DNA of 63,379 nucleotides, counting the filler, from Octopus bimaculoides (lineage: Eukaryota): NCBI RefSeq assembly GCF_001194135.2. It is 6 parts of 5 records of this genome, joined end to end, with 100 filler letters (N's around TTAATTAATTAA, not from the genome) between each part and the next. Parts side by side here need not be neighbours in the genome. Positions count along the whole stretch, not along the records: positions 1 to 25,738 come from NC_068983.1; 5 more parts are not named here. One strand, 5' to 3'. Each line of letters starts with the position of its first letter. Positions within the stretch are counted from its first letter, which is position 1. The notes beneath the pieces were generated by a model. The model did not search any database, was not told the DNA's origin, and saw only the letters and a program-made list of their open reading frames with translations. The position numbers were made by a program, and so were the translations under genes. Shown here in pieces: positions 10,312-22,593 of the stretch.

Positions 10312-12708
10312 AAAGTCCCCTCTCGACCGAAAATAACGTGGTGGTGGAACAATGTTGTTGAGAGGGCTATCAGACAAAAGATACAGGCTTAGAAGGACTG
10401 GAAAAACAGTGGTCGCAGGGAATTGTATCAGACTGCCAGGAGGGAAGCTAAGCGACAGGATTATTTAGCCAGAGGGGAAGCAGATAAGAAAAAATTTGCC
10501 AATGTTCTGCACCGTGAGGACCAAAGACTTGAGGTATTTCGTGTTGCAAGACAGTGTGTGAGAGAGAATCGTGATGTTGTGAGAGAGAAATGTGTTCGCA
10601 TGGATGATGGTATGTTTGCACTAAACGAGGCTGCAAAGAAAGAGGTATGGAGACGCCACTACGAAAGATTGCTCAATAAAGAGAATGAATGGGAGAGAGA
10701 GAGTCTGCCGAATGTCGACCCAACAGAGGCACCAGCTATCCAAGTTGACAGTACCATGATAGATAAAGCAATTAAGAGTATGAAGACAGGGAAGGCCCCT
10801 GGCCCATCAGGAATCATTGCAGAGATGCTCAAAATATCTGGCTGTGTTGGCTATAGCCTAGTCACTGTATTGTTAACCAGGTGATACACGAAGGAGTCAT
10901 ACCCAATGACTGGTGTAGCAGCACCATTGTCAACTGCTACAAAGGTAAAGGTGACGCTTTAGATACAAATAATTACAGAGGTATCAAGTTGTTAGATCAG
11001 GTAATGAAAGTCACGGAGAGGGTCATAGCCCAACTAATTAGGGAGAGAGTCAGTTTAGATGAGATGCTGTTTGGGTTCATTCCAGGGAAAAGCACCACTG
11101 ATGCTACTTTTCTGGTAAGACAGCTGCAGGAGAAATACCTAGCCAAGGATAAGCCTCTGTACCTGGCTTTCATTGACATGGAGAAAGCCTTTGACAGGGT
11201 CCCCCGATCACTCATCTGGTGGTCAATGAGGAAACTAGGGATAGAAGAATGTTTAGTGAGAGCTGTGCAAGCCATGTACAGAGATGCTGTCAGTAAGGTG
11301 AGGGTTGTCACTGAGTACAGTGAAGAATTCCGGGTCGAGGTAGGGGCCCACCAAGGTTCTGTCCTCAGCCCCCTCCTATTTATCATAGTCCTCCATGCAA
11401 TAACAGAGGAATTCAAGACAGGATGCCCCTGGGAGCTCCTCTATTCTGATGACCTTGCACTAATTGCTGAGTCACTATCAGAACTAGAAGTTTCAGGTGT
11501 GGAAGCAAGGACTAGAATCGAAGGGCCTTAGAGTCAACCTAACTAAAACCAAAGTCCTAATAAGTAGGAAGGTAGAGAAAACACAAACCCCTTCAGGTAG
11601 ATGGCCCTGCTCGATATGTAGAAAAGGTGTAGGTAGAAACTCTAAGATGCATCCAGTGCAAGCTATGGACGCATAAGAGGTGCAGCAATATCAAAGGAAG
11701 GTTAACTAGGAAGTTAGTTTTTGTATGTGGCAGATGCTCAGGAGCAATAAACACTGTAAATGTGCAGAAAACACCCTCTGCCACATTCCATGGAGAAAAA
11801 CTAGACGTATTTGATAGCTTCCGCTATCTGGGTGACCAAGTTAGTAGTGGGGGAGGGTGTGCTGAAAGTGTAGCTGCTAGAATAAGAATAACCTGGGCAA
11901 AGTTCAGAGAGCTCTTACCTTTGCTGGTGACAAAGGGTTTCTCTCTCAGAGTAAAAGGCAGACTGTATGACGCATGTGTACGAACAGCCATGCCACATGG
12001 CAGTGAAACATGGGCTGTGACTGCCGAAGACATGCATAGGCTCCCAAGGAATGAAGCCAGTATGCTCCGATGGATGTGTAATGTCAGTGTGCATACTCGA
12101 CAGAGTGTAAGTACCTTGAGAGAAAGGTTGAACCTAAGAAGCATCAGTTGTCGTGTGAAAGAGAGACAATTGCACTGGTATTGTCACGTGGCGAGAATGG
12201 ATGAGGATAGCTGTGTGAAAAAGTGCTACACCCTAACGGTTGAGGGAACCTGTGGAAGAGGTAGGCCCAGGAAGACCTGGGATGAGGTGGTGAAGCACGA
12301 CCTCCAAACATTAGGCCTCAATCGTGATGGCACCACCTTTCGAGCATGATCGTTAGCAACGTTGCCTTCCTGGCACTTGTGCCGCAGCTTCATGTTCCTG
12401 GCACGTGAAAAATCATTCGAGCAAGATTGTTGCCAGTGCCGCTGGACTGGCTCCTGTGTAGGTGGCACGTAAAATACACCATTTTGAGCATGGCCGTTGC
12501 CAGTACCACCTGAGTGGCCTTTGTGCCGGTGGCACGTAAAAGCACCCACTGCACTCTCAGAGTGGTTAGCGTTAGGAAGGGCATCCAGCTGTAGAAACTC
12601 TGCCAAATCAGATTGGAGCCTGGTGTGACCATCTTGATCACCAGTCCTCTATCAAATCGTCCAACCCATGCTAGCATGGAAAGCGGACGTTAAACGATGA
12701 TGATGATG
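10312..12708 (+). mobile_element. RTE-family LINE (RT domain to 3' tail) with frameshifts; 5' end lost in a gap
   Basis: ORFs 10423-10884, 10881-11531 (NYRGIKLL, FGFIPGKSTTDA, AFIDMEKAFDRVP, HQGSVLSPLLF, LYSDDL) and 11762-12349 (FRYLG, HGSETWA, GRPRKTW). Tail GGAAAGCGGACGTTAAACGATGATGATG. Confidence 0.95.
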
Positions 12709-13289
12709 TATCTATGTATTTATTATATATATATTATATACTAGCAGCTAAGCCCAGTTTCACCTTGTCTATTTGGATGATATGGCTGTAAAACCTGCTC
12801 TGTGTAAGCATTCGACTTGTTGTGCACACTTAAGTTAGAAAACAATTTTAGAATGACTTTTTCTGTCAAAACACTAAAAATAACTGACCAACAAAAAAAA
12901 AACCAACCAAGATTCAACTAAATCAAAAAATAAACCCGAATTCTAAGCAAACAAAGATGAACCATCCCACTTCCATTGCACATGCACACGCAGACACACA
13001 GACACATTCACATACCCCCCTTCTACATATACACACATATATAATCACAGATTTGAAATGCTCACCCCTTCCTTTCTCATTCATAAACACAAGGGTATTA
13101 TTATAGTAGATTATCTTGGTAACCATGGGAGCTATGAAAAAAAATACAAAGCCCAGCATCATCACCGGATTATTTTATACATCTGTGTAATTTTTCGTGC
13201 AATTCCACCCAAGACAAGAAAGAATCGCCCGTATCAAATTTATATATATATATATATATTATTATTATAAGACCCAGCAAATAAAGTGA

Positions 13290-13830
13290 GATCACAGCTG
13301 GAACCTACACCAGTGTCGCCTAACCAGCCAACTGAAGTACCCTTGGATCATAGGGCGACATGCCGTGCTTTAGGAGACCTATTGAGTCAAATACATCAAC
13401 ATCAAATGAAATCAAATCACAATCAAATGGAAATTGTAGTTGTGGTCCCCATGCCAGTGGCATCTAAAGAGCACCATCTGAACATGGTCGATGCCAACAC
13501 CCTTCGCCCTGACTGGCTTCTGTGCCAGTGGCACATAAAAAGCACCATCTCAACGTGGTCAATTCCAGCACCGCTTTGGCTGGCTCCCATGCCAGTGGCA
13601 TGTAAAAAACACCATCCAATCATGGTCAATGCCAGCCCACTCTGGCTCCTGTGCCAGTGGCACATAAAATGCGTCCACTTGGAGTTCTTGGTGTTAGGAA
13701 GGGTATCCAGCTGTAGAAACATTGCCAGATCAGACTGGAGTCTGGTGCATCCTCCTGGCTTTCCAGACCCCAGTCAAACCGTCCAACCCATGCCAACATG
13801 GAAAACGGACGTTAAACAATGATGATGATG
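13290..13830 (+). mobile_element. Non-autonomous element carrying the RTE 3' UTR subrepeats and (ATG)n tail
   Basis: GCCAGTGGCAxxTAAAA subrepeats, AGGAAGGGTATCCAGCTGTAGAAAC, and a terminal GGAAAACGGACGTTAAACAATGATGATG like 12590-12708. Confidence 0.75.
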
Positions 13831-14630
13831 ATTGAATATATATATATATATATATATTATTTTCTACTACATATGTGGAAAATGTGCTTGTGGCATTGTT
13901 AGCTAACTCCTACATTGTTTTATTGATTTTGAGGAAACTTCACACGTGAGTAGAAATTATGTCTGGAAACTTTGTGACATACTTAGGTTGTTGAAAAAAA
14001 TCAATAATACGGCCCCTGGAAGGGATCTTCATATCTAACTAATTATTTTGTTTTAAACACCTAAGGAAAATAACCCATAGCACGTGAATAAAATTGTTTT
14101 AAAACACTCAAGGGAAATAACCCATAGCACCTGCATTTACAGTTGTTAGTTTTCAGCGAAGTGATAAATGTTTGATTCTTGCAATCAGCGGACCTAATTC
14201 TGCATTTCACTACTCACAGTTTTCAACTGCTAAACCTTATTATTGCACTTTCTTGGTGCATGTACACTTTCAATGCCAATAACTCTGTCTTACACAGAAT
14301 CCTATTATTAGGAATTCCCAATAAGCTATGAATACCCAAATTGTGAAGTCAGTGATATAATAACATGAAATTAGTTACCCGATAGTAAGAATTCAAATAA
14401 AGTAGCCCCGAAAAGGACTTTAATTCATTCCCAGAGTATACAGAACTTAGGAGGAAATACTGATAAGATATGTATACAAAAATCATGAAGCATGTTACGT
14501 AATAACAGGCTAATCACATATGAGATAACAATTGAAAGTAAATAACTCTGTGGTGTGGAAGTTTGGTTTCATTTTTTAATAATTTTAAGCATTCAAAGTA
14601 TGAGTTCATTGTATTGGAACACACTTATTA

Positions 14631-16021
14631 TTAGGTCATCCCATAAGTTCTGTCTGATTTTACCTGTTTTAAAATTGAATGAAATTTAATAGTACTTTAG
14701 AATGTCTAATGGAATTAAAAATTACTTTTATGCATTTGTGTACATTTAAACTAATTAATTATTAAATTCAAATTACGATAAACGTAAACAAACAAACAAA
14801 GTTTGCTTTTAGAAACGTTGAGATGTCTTAGAAAGTTAAAGAAGGGATTTTAAATTCTCAAACGCAGGATAATGCTAATAATATAGCCTGAACAGGATAA
14901 GCATTATCCTGCGTTTGAGAATTTAAAATCACTTAATTAATTATTATTTTACACAATAATAGAATTAACATTTCTTTGATTAAAACCCTTTCTAACATGG
15001 AAGTATCCAAAGAGCATTTGAGGTGCATAATGCTTTATGAGTACAAAAAAGGAAACTCTGCAGCCAAAGCGACTCGAAACATACACTCAGTTTATGAAAA
15101 AGAATGCTTGAATGAAAGAACTTGCAGAAAATGGTTTGCAAAATTCAGAAGTGGAGATTTCAGCCTTTTAGTTGAAGTTCAAACAGGACATCCAGTTGGG
15201 TTTGATGATAAGCTCTTTGAGGCATTACTTGAAGAAAATCCTGCATTATCAGTTGAAGAATTGGCAATAAAGCTTAGTTCAAACCATACAACTATTCATC
15301 GTCATCTTCAACTTGGAAAGGTTCCTAAACTTGGAAAATGGGTGCCTCATGAATTGTCCGAAAGCAACTGCAAATCCCAAGTTGGCATCCGCTCTTCCCT
15401 CCATTCTCACAAACTCATTTCACCCTTTTTGGATAGACTTGTGACTGGTGACGAAAAATGGATCTTCTATAGAAATGTTAAACATTGTAAACAGTGACTT
15501 GGTAAAAGGGAAAAGGCACAGCCACAACCGAGAAGGGAACTTCATTGGAAAAAGGTTCTTCTCTCTATCTGGTGGGATTGCGAAGGAGTAATTCACTTTG
15601 AATTGTTACCACCTAATGCATCAGTCAGTGCTCAGGTCTACTGTCAGCAATTAGAGCATTTGAACCAAGCTTTGAAGAAACAAGAACCTCTTTAGTGAAT
15701 CAAAAAGGAGTGATGTTTCATCAGGACAGTGTGCAACCCCACACTGCAAAGATCACATCACAAAAGATCGGAGAGCTTGGTTGGGAAAAAATTCCTCATC
15801 CACCTTATTCTCCCGACCTTGCTCCTTCAGACTACCATTTGTTTCGTAGTTTACAGAATCATTTGGAGGACATAACTTTTGTAAGCCAAGAGGAGGTTGA
15901 AACTGACATTTCAAAGTTCTTTGCTTTGAAACCAAAAGAGTTTTACATTGAAGGGATTAAAAAGCTTGTAAATAGATGGCGGGAAGTCATAAATAATCAG
16001 GGAAAGTACATTGATGATTAA
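14631..16021 (+). mobile_element. Mariner (DD34D) DNA transposon with an inactivated transposase
   Basis: TA followed by TIR-like TTAGGTCATCCCATAAGTTCTGTC at 14631. Motifs WVPHEL, VTGDEKW, HQDSVQPH and YSPDLAPSDYHLF, with 34 residues between the last two Asp. Stop at 15495-15497 and a frameshift near 15690. No 3' TIR found. Confidence 0.92.
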
Positions 16022-16069
16022 ATTTCAATTAAATATAACATTTGATCACTTGTTTTCTTTATTCAAAAT

Positions 16070-16445
16070 TGAGCCAAGTGAAATCATCGTGGATGATGCC
16101 AGTGCCATCTGTTTGGCATGTAAAAAACACTGTTTGAGCATTGGGCTTCATGGAGGCAGTGATGGATGACCAAGGCCTCTAGTGATATACCATGCTTGTG
16201 TAAACCTTTCAAGCCAAGTGAAGCACAGTCGTGGTCAATGCTGGTGTCAGGTCAATGGCACCCGTGCTGGTGGCATGTAAAAAACAACCACTACACTCTC
16301 GAAGTGGTTGGCGTGAAGAAGAGCATCCAGCAATGGAAACCTTGCCATATCAGATCAGAACCTGGTACAGTTCCCCAGCTTACCAGTTTTTAGTCAAACA
16401 ATCCAACACATGCCAGCATGGAAAATGGATGTTGAATGATGAGGA
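16070..16445 (+). mobile_element. Diverged RTE 3'-tail-type repeat
   Basis: GGCATGTAAAAA subrepeats, AAGAGCATCCAGCAATGGAAACC, and a terminal GCATGGAAAATGGATGTTGAATGATGAG. Confidence 0.65.
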
Positions 16446-17019
16446 TGTGCATAGGTGTGATGTGTAAGTGGAAGTGGGGGTACGTGTGTGTGCGTATGCG
16501 CTGGAAGAGCATATGTGGGTGCATGTATATATATACTTCTATTATTTATGTATATTGGTGTGATAGATGTATGCTGATGTAGTTACATGAACGTGTATGG
16601 GGGTGCTACATAGACACTTGTGCGTGTGTTATGCGTATTTTTTTTTTTTTTGTACATGTCCTAGATATAGAGGCAATATTAGGAGTTTGCAGAGGATACG
16701 TTAGACTGTGGAGGCCACTCTGCATAGGCATTGGTGGTTAGTGGTTGGTTGTGAAGCAGCCAATCTTAAGGTGTTCTGTCCAAATTGTTGATAGCCAGTG
16801 GTTTGAAGTTCACCAGGAGGGTATACCTCTGGTGGCAACAATAGGATAGTTTCATATTTCCTGTTTATAGATACTGCAGGTTGATGGAGGATATGCAGTC
16901 TTTCACAGAGGCAGAGCTGCCAATTACAGGCACCGAGTGAATAGAGTGGTGCCCTGTCAATGATGGTTCATTCTGTGTTAGGTGTTTCATTCTGGAGGTC
17001 ACAGAGCCTCCAGAGGAAG

Positions 17020-17830
17020 TGAAACAAGGATTGATTGCTATCTATTTCTTCACATTGAAGATTCCTCTTCTTTACATGGTTATAGTGGGTTTATTTTTTT
17101 AAAATATACTTAGTTCATGCTTATAATCAGATTCCCTTTAAACATGCTGATATGCCTAAAATTACTGCAGCTACTCCTTTTAGGCTCTTTGAATTTCTTA
17201 AAATATCTTTCAATCTTAAGTATGCTATGAATTTATTTCAAAGACTTATTGATGAAATTACTTGCTGTGCAGCATGAACAGCATTTGGAGTGACTTTTTA
17301 TCAGGTATCACAATATGGCATGGTGACTAGCCTTAGTTAATGCCTTCTTGGTGTGTCTTCAATAGCATTCAATAGCATTGATAAAGACGGAATCTGGTGT
17401 TGAGGGAAAAAGTAGATGCAATTATAATATTCCTGTTCCTACATTATTGAAGAAATTGTGAGAGTTCATTGGCCTCGTAAACTTCTATAAATAGTGTCTT
17501 TTTTTTTTTTTTTTTTTTCTCAATTCTTCACAATTTATCTCACCCTGGTATTTCAGCAGTGGTGAAACTATGTATGGCCAGGCTTGCAAAAAGATATTTG
17601 TAACTGGATGCAACCCTGTATATCTTGACAAAAATCTAAAGTTCACTGTCACATTAAAGCACCTCTAGGAATATTTGCAACTTCTGGTGATCATTTGAAA
17701 CATATTCCTATACATACTGTTGCTAATTTACCCTGGTACAGAGCAAGATGTATTTAACTTGTATAGACTGGTTTTCAAGCTGATCTGAAGCTGTTAAGAA
17801 TATTTTATCTCTGACTGTTGCAAAAGTCCT
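17020..17830 (+). mobile_element. Highly decayed Gypsy pol remnant (RT to RNase H)
   Basis: Hand translation across frameshifts gives approximately PHIEDSSSLHG...KIYLVHAYNQIP...TPFxLFEFL...FQRLIDEI and PVPTLLKKL*EFIGLVNFY, both Gypsy RT motifs. Confidence 0.7.
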
Positions 17831-18229
17831 AATTGCCAAGTAGATTTCATGTTTTGGTACTCTTATTACAATAACAGTTGACAGTTTTAATCTAGTCTCT
17901 TCATTGAATTAACCAAATGATTTGTATGACAGCTTACCACTCTGCTTCTAATGGGATGAAAGAGCATTTCCATTGCTCTTTTGTTATTATATTTCTAACC
18001 AAAATATACCCCTTAAGTGTTTCAATTAAATACTGGAATTTATCTTTGAAGAAAACTAGAAAATGAAATACACATACCATCAACTAAATGAAATAAACTC
18101 ACATGCATACATAAATTCACAGGAACATAATAATGATTTGGTATACAAAATTTGTTACTCACCTTGAAGGTAAATTACAGTTAAATAAAAAAATAATAAC
18201 ATGGTGAATTTGATAAAGATATCTATAAA

Positions 18230-18393
18230 ATCAAATTATATACATATACACATCACACAATCTTTCTCTGATGGAAACTTGTAAAGCACCCCACTCTACA
18301 TAATGCACATTTGAAAGTTGCTTCAACTGACCATCCACTGGGACTTTCCTTTTTTGATGAAGACATTTGTGGCACTTCCTTTCATAACCCTCA

Positions 18394-18428
<35 letters not shown>

Positions 18429-18830
18429 TAATTTATGGAGATTGGCTGAATTCAAAGAAATATCCTTCTGGCAGGCTTTAGTTTTTCTCCCAACAGTTAT
18501 TCTTTTGGATGTAAAATTTGCCTGCAACTGCATTGCTTACATCTGCCCAGAACTGCAGATGATCACATCACTTTCAAGTCCCTCCTGATTTGGTATGTAG
18601 TATAAATGCATTAACAATACTCATATTTACTATATATCCAACCAGCTACTCCCACCATTTATTATTTGGTCTACCAACTAGGTAATAGCTCATCATTTGA
18701 TACAGCCAATCTACACCACGCATGTAAACTATTATCATTGAAGTTCATAAATGAGGTGCCATTTTCATCTACATGTGGTTGTGCACAGGTAAATAGAAAA
18801 TTGATTTGTTTCTTATCTATGTATGTAGTC
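18230..18830 (-). mobile_element. piggyBac-type transposase remnant (C-terminal part)
   Basis: Minus strand reads YIDKKQINFLFT, then YMRGVDWLYQMMSYYLVGRPNNKWWE*LVGYIVNMSIVNAFILH (cf. YMGGVD..DQ..SYY...RK..KWW), followed by a Cys-rich CHKC...KRK tail. Confidence 0.75.
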
Positions 18831-20189
18831 ACGAGCAAATTTTGTTTCTGTCGTTAGATTATTTCACTTTTTTTTTTCAAATTTTGCTTTTGTTCATATC
18901 CAACTACATCCCTTTCCTACTTGCAATCACTGTAGCACATGTATGTGTTACCACAGCTTCTAAATTCACCGTAAGTTTGACCAAACTGAAAAATCGATCA
19001 AAAATTAATATACGGCTCTAGTTATGGTATGGGGGTGATAAATTCCAGACCATATTATACCCTAGGCTGTGTTGGCCCACATTATGGTCCCTTTTTCCCC
19101 ATATCAAAATCAAACCCACAGTAGTACTAAACTTTGATCCCCACCATTTTGTAAGTTTTCCTGGTATATGCTGTTGGAAGCATACTCAGCCATTATAGCC
19201 TATCATGCCTTCATTGAGGGAGAGCTGTCTCCCTTATCTGTAGAATGTTTTATGTGTGTTTTGAATAAAGTTGTTGAGGAGTGTCAGTTTAACTAAGGGA
19301 TCAAAGTTTGGTTCTACACGTATTGGTGTACTGTACTGCTAGTGTCTCTTACATGCAGATACTATGATAATTTAAAAAATTGTATCCTCAACATAATACT
19401 TGAAACACTCTGGTCTCCAAAAGGTTTGTCACTGCTCCAGTAGTTTGTAATTCTGGATCACTTTCTTATACCCATAATAATATTTAATTGTAAATAATTC
19501 TCGAATTTTGTCCAAGTATGTACAAAAATTACAAAGTATCATTTTAATCTCTGTGTAACAATTTGTTTCTGCAGTGGTTGTTTTAAACAAAGTGGTAAAA
19601 AAATTTTTAAATAGTCTAATGGTTTAGTCTCCTGAAAAAGACAGTGACTAGGTCCAGTCTCTTCAGAAAAATCATTAAAAAAATTAGTTTTCAAACTTTT
19701 ACTCCATTCTGGTACAAATCTATTTTATTTGTTGCTATCAGAGTTACCGTCAGAAACTCTGGTTTCACTTTCAGAAATCAAAATATCCATTTCATAACCA
19801 CACACCACATGGATATTTTTATTTTTCCATTGAAAATCTTTGAATTCTGCTTCACTGCTTGACAACATGAAACTAGTACCCATTTTTCATCAGTATTAAA
19901 AATTTTCAGAAAATCAATGAAGAAAATATCTGGAAATAAATCTCCAAAATTTCACAGAGGTCAGATATCATGCCAGATAATATCGCTGTAACTCAATTGT
20001 TTACATAGTGAAGTTACATGTTTTCACGGCTGAACTAATAAGATTTGTGCTAAAATTATCATTTAAATATTACTAGGTTATTTTGGGCATGTATGGGTAG
20101 GTCGGTAAAGTAAACTAATAAAATTCTTGGGTGTCTATGGGCGAGATGGTAGTGAAAAGGTTAACACAGCTTTATGAACATATACTGAC

Positions 20190-20560
20190 TCATAGATGGT
20201 TGGAATCCCTGCCAGTGTTTCTCTAGGTTTATGTACAGCTATTAAAGAAGACCGCAGCTACTTTTTAGTGGAATTACTGTATGGCATGGCAATCACACTA
20301 CCTGGTCAGATGGTAGTTGCAACAGTTAACCAGCAGCATGATTCTGCTTATTATGTTCATTGATTGCAAAGCTATATGGTGCAGTTGATTAAAACTTTTG
20401 TTCCATCAGATGCAAATACTTCTTATGTAACAATGCAGTTAACCATCCATTGTACACTTCTTATTCTGGATTTGAGAAGCAAAACAAAAATATATGCAAG
20501 GAAGACAAGAAACTGTTAGTATTGATAGACTTAAGAAAGCTTTTGTTCAATCAATACTTA
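20190..20560 (+). mobile_element. Decayed Gypsy integrase C-terminal remnant
   Basis: Approximately ESLPxxxLGLCTAIKEDRSYFLVELLYGMAITLPGQM and VSIDRLKKA, cf. LPLVLLGIRTAVKEDLGCSAAELVYGTTLRLPGEF and VSIDRLKPA. Confidence 0.7.
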
Positions 20561-21559
20561 TTCCAAAGCATCTTTTTTAACATCTACAACGTTTAAACAA
20601 TCAGAATAGGAATAGGAAAATAACACGTTCTGTCATAATTCTTCCTTACCTCACACAGATGTAATCAGAAGTGACAGAAAAGTGTATTGGTCAACCAAAT
20701 ATACACAAATCTACTATATTCAGTTTTTGATTTTAAAAAATAACTACTTGTGTAACTACAAAATTCTATGTATTAAAAATAATATTTTTCTTCTACTTTT
20801 CTCTCTATCTTATTGCTCGTGTTTGGTTTTCAACACTTTTGAATACAAACATTATTATATTTCTTTCACTTTTGTACATACCTTTGTATATTCAATTGCA
20901 TTATTTTATATTTTGCATATAAGTTTCTCACCACATAGTTTTATTGTAAATGTTTTCACTATAATTGTGTTATTTCATTCACTTCTCCCACTTGTTCACT
21001 GGTAGGAGACTCATATAGTAAGGCCTAGAATCAAAATCTCACATTTTCAGTTACCAGTTTATGTCCACACTTGAATCAGGTAATGTGCCCTGATTACCAA
21101 CCAATCAGCTAGCAGAAAAACAATGCCACACAGTAAAACATTCTTCAAGTTTCTAGAAGTTCCTGTGCTTTTCTTCATATAAGAGCAAAAGCCTGTCAGG
21201 ATCAACCAGAGCATGGCCCTTCAAAACATAAGCAACCTGCCTTTACAATGTTATATGTTCCTTTGTTGAAATTTAGCCCAGAGTAAATGGAATTCTTCAG
21301 TTATGACAAATGCCATTCCTGCCTCTCAAACAACACTAATCTTTCTGTTCGTAATTTGATTACAGCTAATTTTGATTCTAGCTTTCTACAATATACTACT
21401 GGCGACTACTGGAAAACTTTATGTATAAATGTAAATATTGTTATAACTTTAATGATAAATAAATGTATTTCAATAATGTGCACATTTGGTTTGTTATAGG
21501 GCAACATGCAGCCAATTAATACCAGCCAGCAATGACCCATATAGCAACTTAACATAATT

Positions 21560-21900
21560 GTGGTTTCCCCAGGTCCTGCTGGACATGAACTACCCTCTCC
21601 TCACCATGCAGGACTTGTACCTGATTTCCTCATGCACACATAATAGTGAACATAGCCACAATGAGCTGATCAATGATGACTCTGATTGACCCACTGGGAT
21701 TGTAAATTATATCCTGGACTTATTGGATAAACTCAACTATCCTCAGATATCCCCATTATTAGTCTCCAGCTCTTTCTTGATCCTTGAAGTACTGGTCATG
21801 TTCAAGAAGCTGACCATCTGAGTTGCTGTGATTTGCCACAAGATCTATGAGCACAGCATGTATTTTCATTTCCTTCCCTTGTCAGATTTGAATCAGCCTT
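21560..21900 (-). mobile_element. Tc1/mariner-superfamily transposase N-terminal (HTH) remnant
   Basis: Minus strand gives approximately FLNMTSTSRIKKEL and VQDIIYNPSGSIRVIIDQLIVAMFTIMCAHEEIRYKSCMVRRG, resembling DP..SIR.IA..L.VS..TIR..VHEDIRYKSY. Confidence 0.55.
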
Positions 21901-22446
21901 ATCATTATGCCTAAAAGGGAAATAAGTGTTACATTAGGTTATCTGTTTATGACCTGCCAAATCTATGTTCACAAATACCTGTTACATCTTGTATATATTG
22001 AGAGAAAGAGAGAGAAATCTATGCTTTGGTTTCCTACAACCTACTCTCTTCATTCTCTGTAGAAAAAAATATTTTCATTTATTTGGTTAAAATTATTCTT
22101 TTAATAGGGAGACCAGTGCGCATGACATTTATTTATCCTCTAAAACTGATAAGATTAATACAGTTACTGTTTAGATAAGTCAGTGTCAGTAAAAATGTAG
22201 TTGGGAAGAAATTCTAGAAGAGGGTTGATGATCTGGAGAAGGTTTTCAGAAAGTGAATAGTGTTGGATCTGAGATGGAAGTGGAGTGAGAAATTAAGGGT
22301 ATCACGTGGTACATTTTCTTTATGATAAGCAAACATATGTAAGACATTACATATTGTATATGTAATGTCTCCTGTTCTTATATAAAACATGTATATTCAA
22401 TTGTTATGTTGTCATTCTAATTGTTTCCTCTTGCCCTATATTACAG

Positions 22447-22593
22447 ATGCAGAAGGCAGATCCTAACTATGGTGTTGGCATTAACCCTATTAGCCGTCTC
22501 ATTCAAATCAGACAGGCTAACAAAAAGAAAGAACCTATATACTCTCTAATTGCTGAACATGGTCTCCCCTGGCGCAGAGAATTTGTCATGCAG
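22447..22593 (+). CDS. stau: Staufen exon encoding the N-terminal half of dsRBD4
   Basis: Acceptor ttacag|ATG and donor CAG|gttaga. The 147 nt translate as [49 protein letters not shown], matching Staufen ([42 protein letters not shown]). Phase 0 is compatible with the upstream exon. Confidence 0.93.

Larger units (their letters stand above)
1853..22446 (+). other. 20,594-bp GT-AG phase-0 staufen intron
   Basis: Joining the two exons gives a contiguous Staufen dsRBD3-linker-dsRBD4 sequence. I saw no intervening exon. Confidence 0.85.

Noticed and set aside
12360-12560. Regularly recurring GGCACGTAAAA units as a CRISPR-like array
   Set aside because: They are degenerate subrepeats of a LINE 3' UTR with similar spacers, in a eukaryotic context with no cas genes.
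19629-19666. Minus-strand CTGAAGA GACT...AGTC hairpin
   Set aside because: It is not followed by GAAA and is just a short imperfect inverted repeat.
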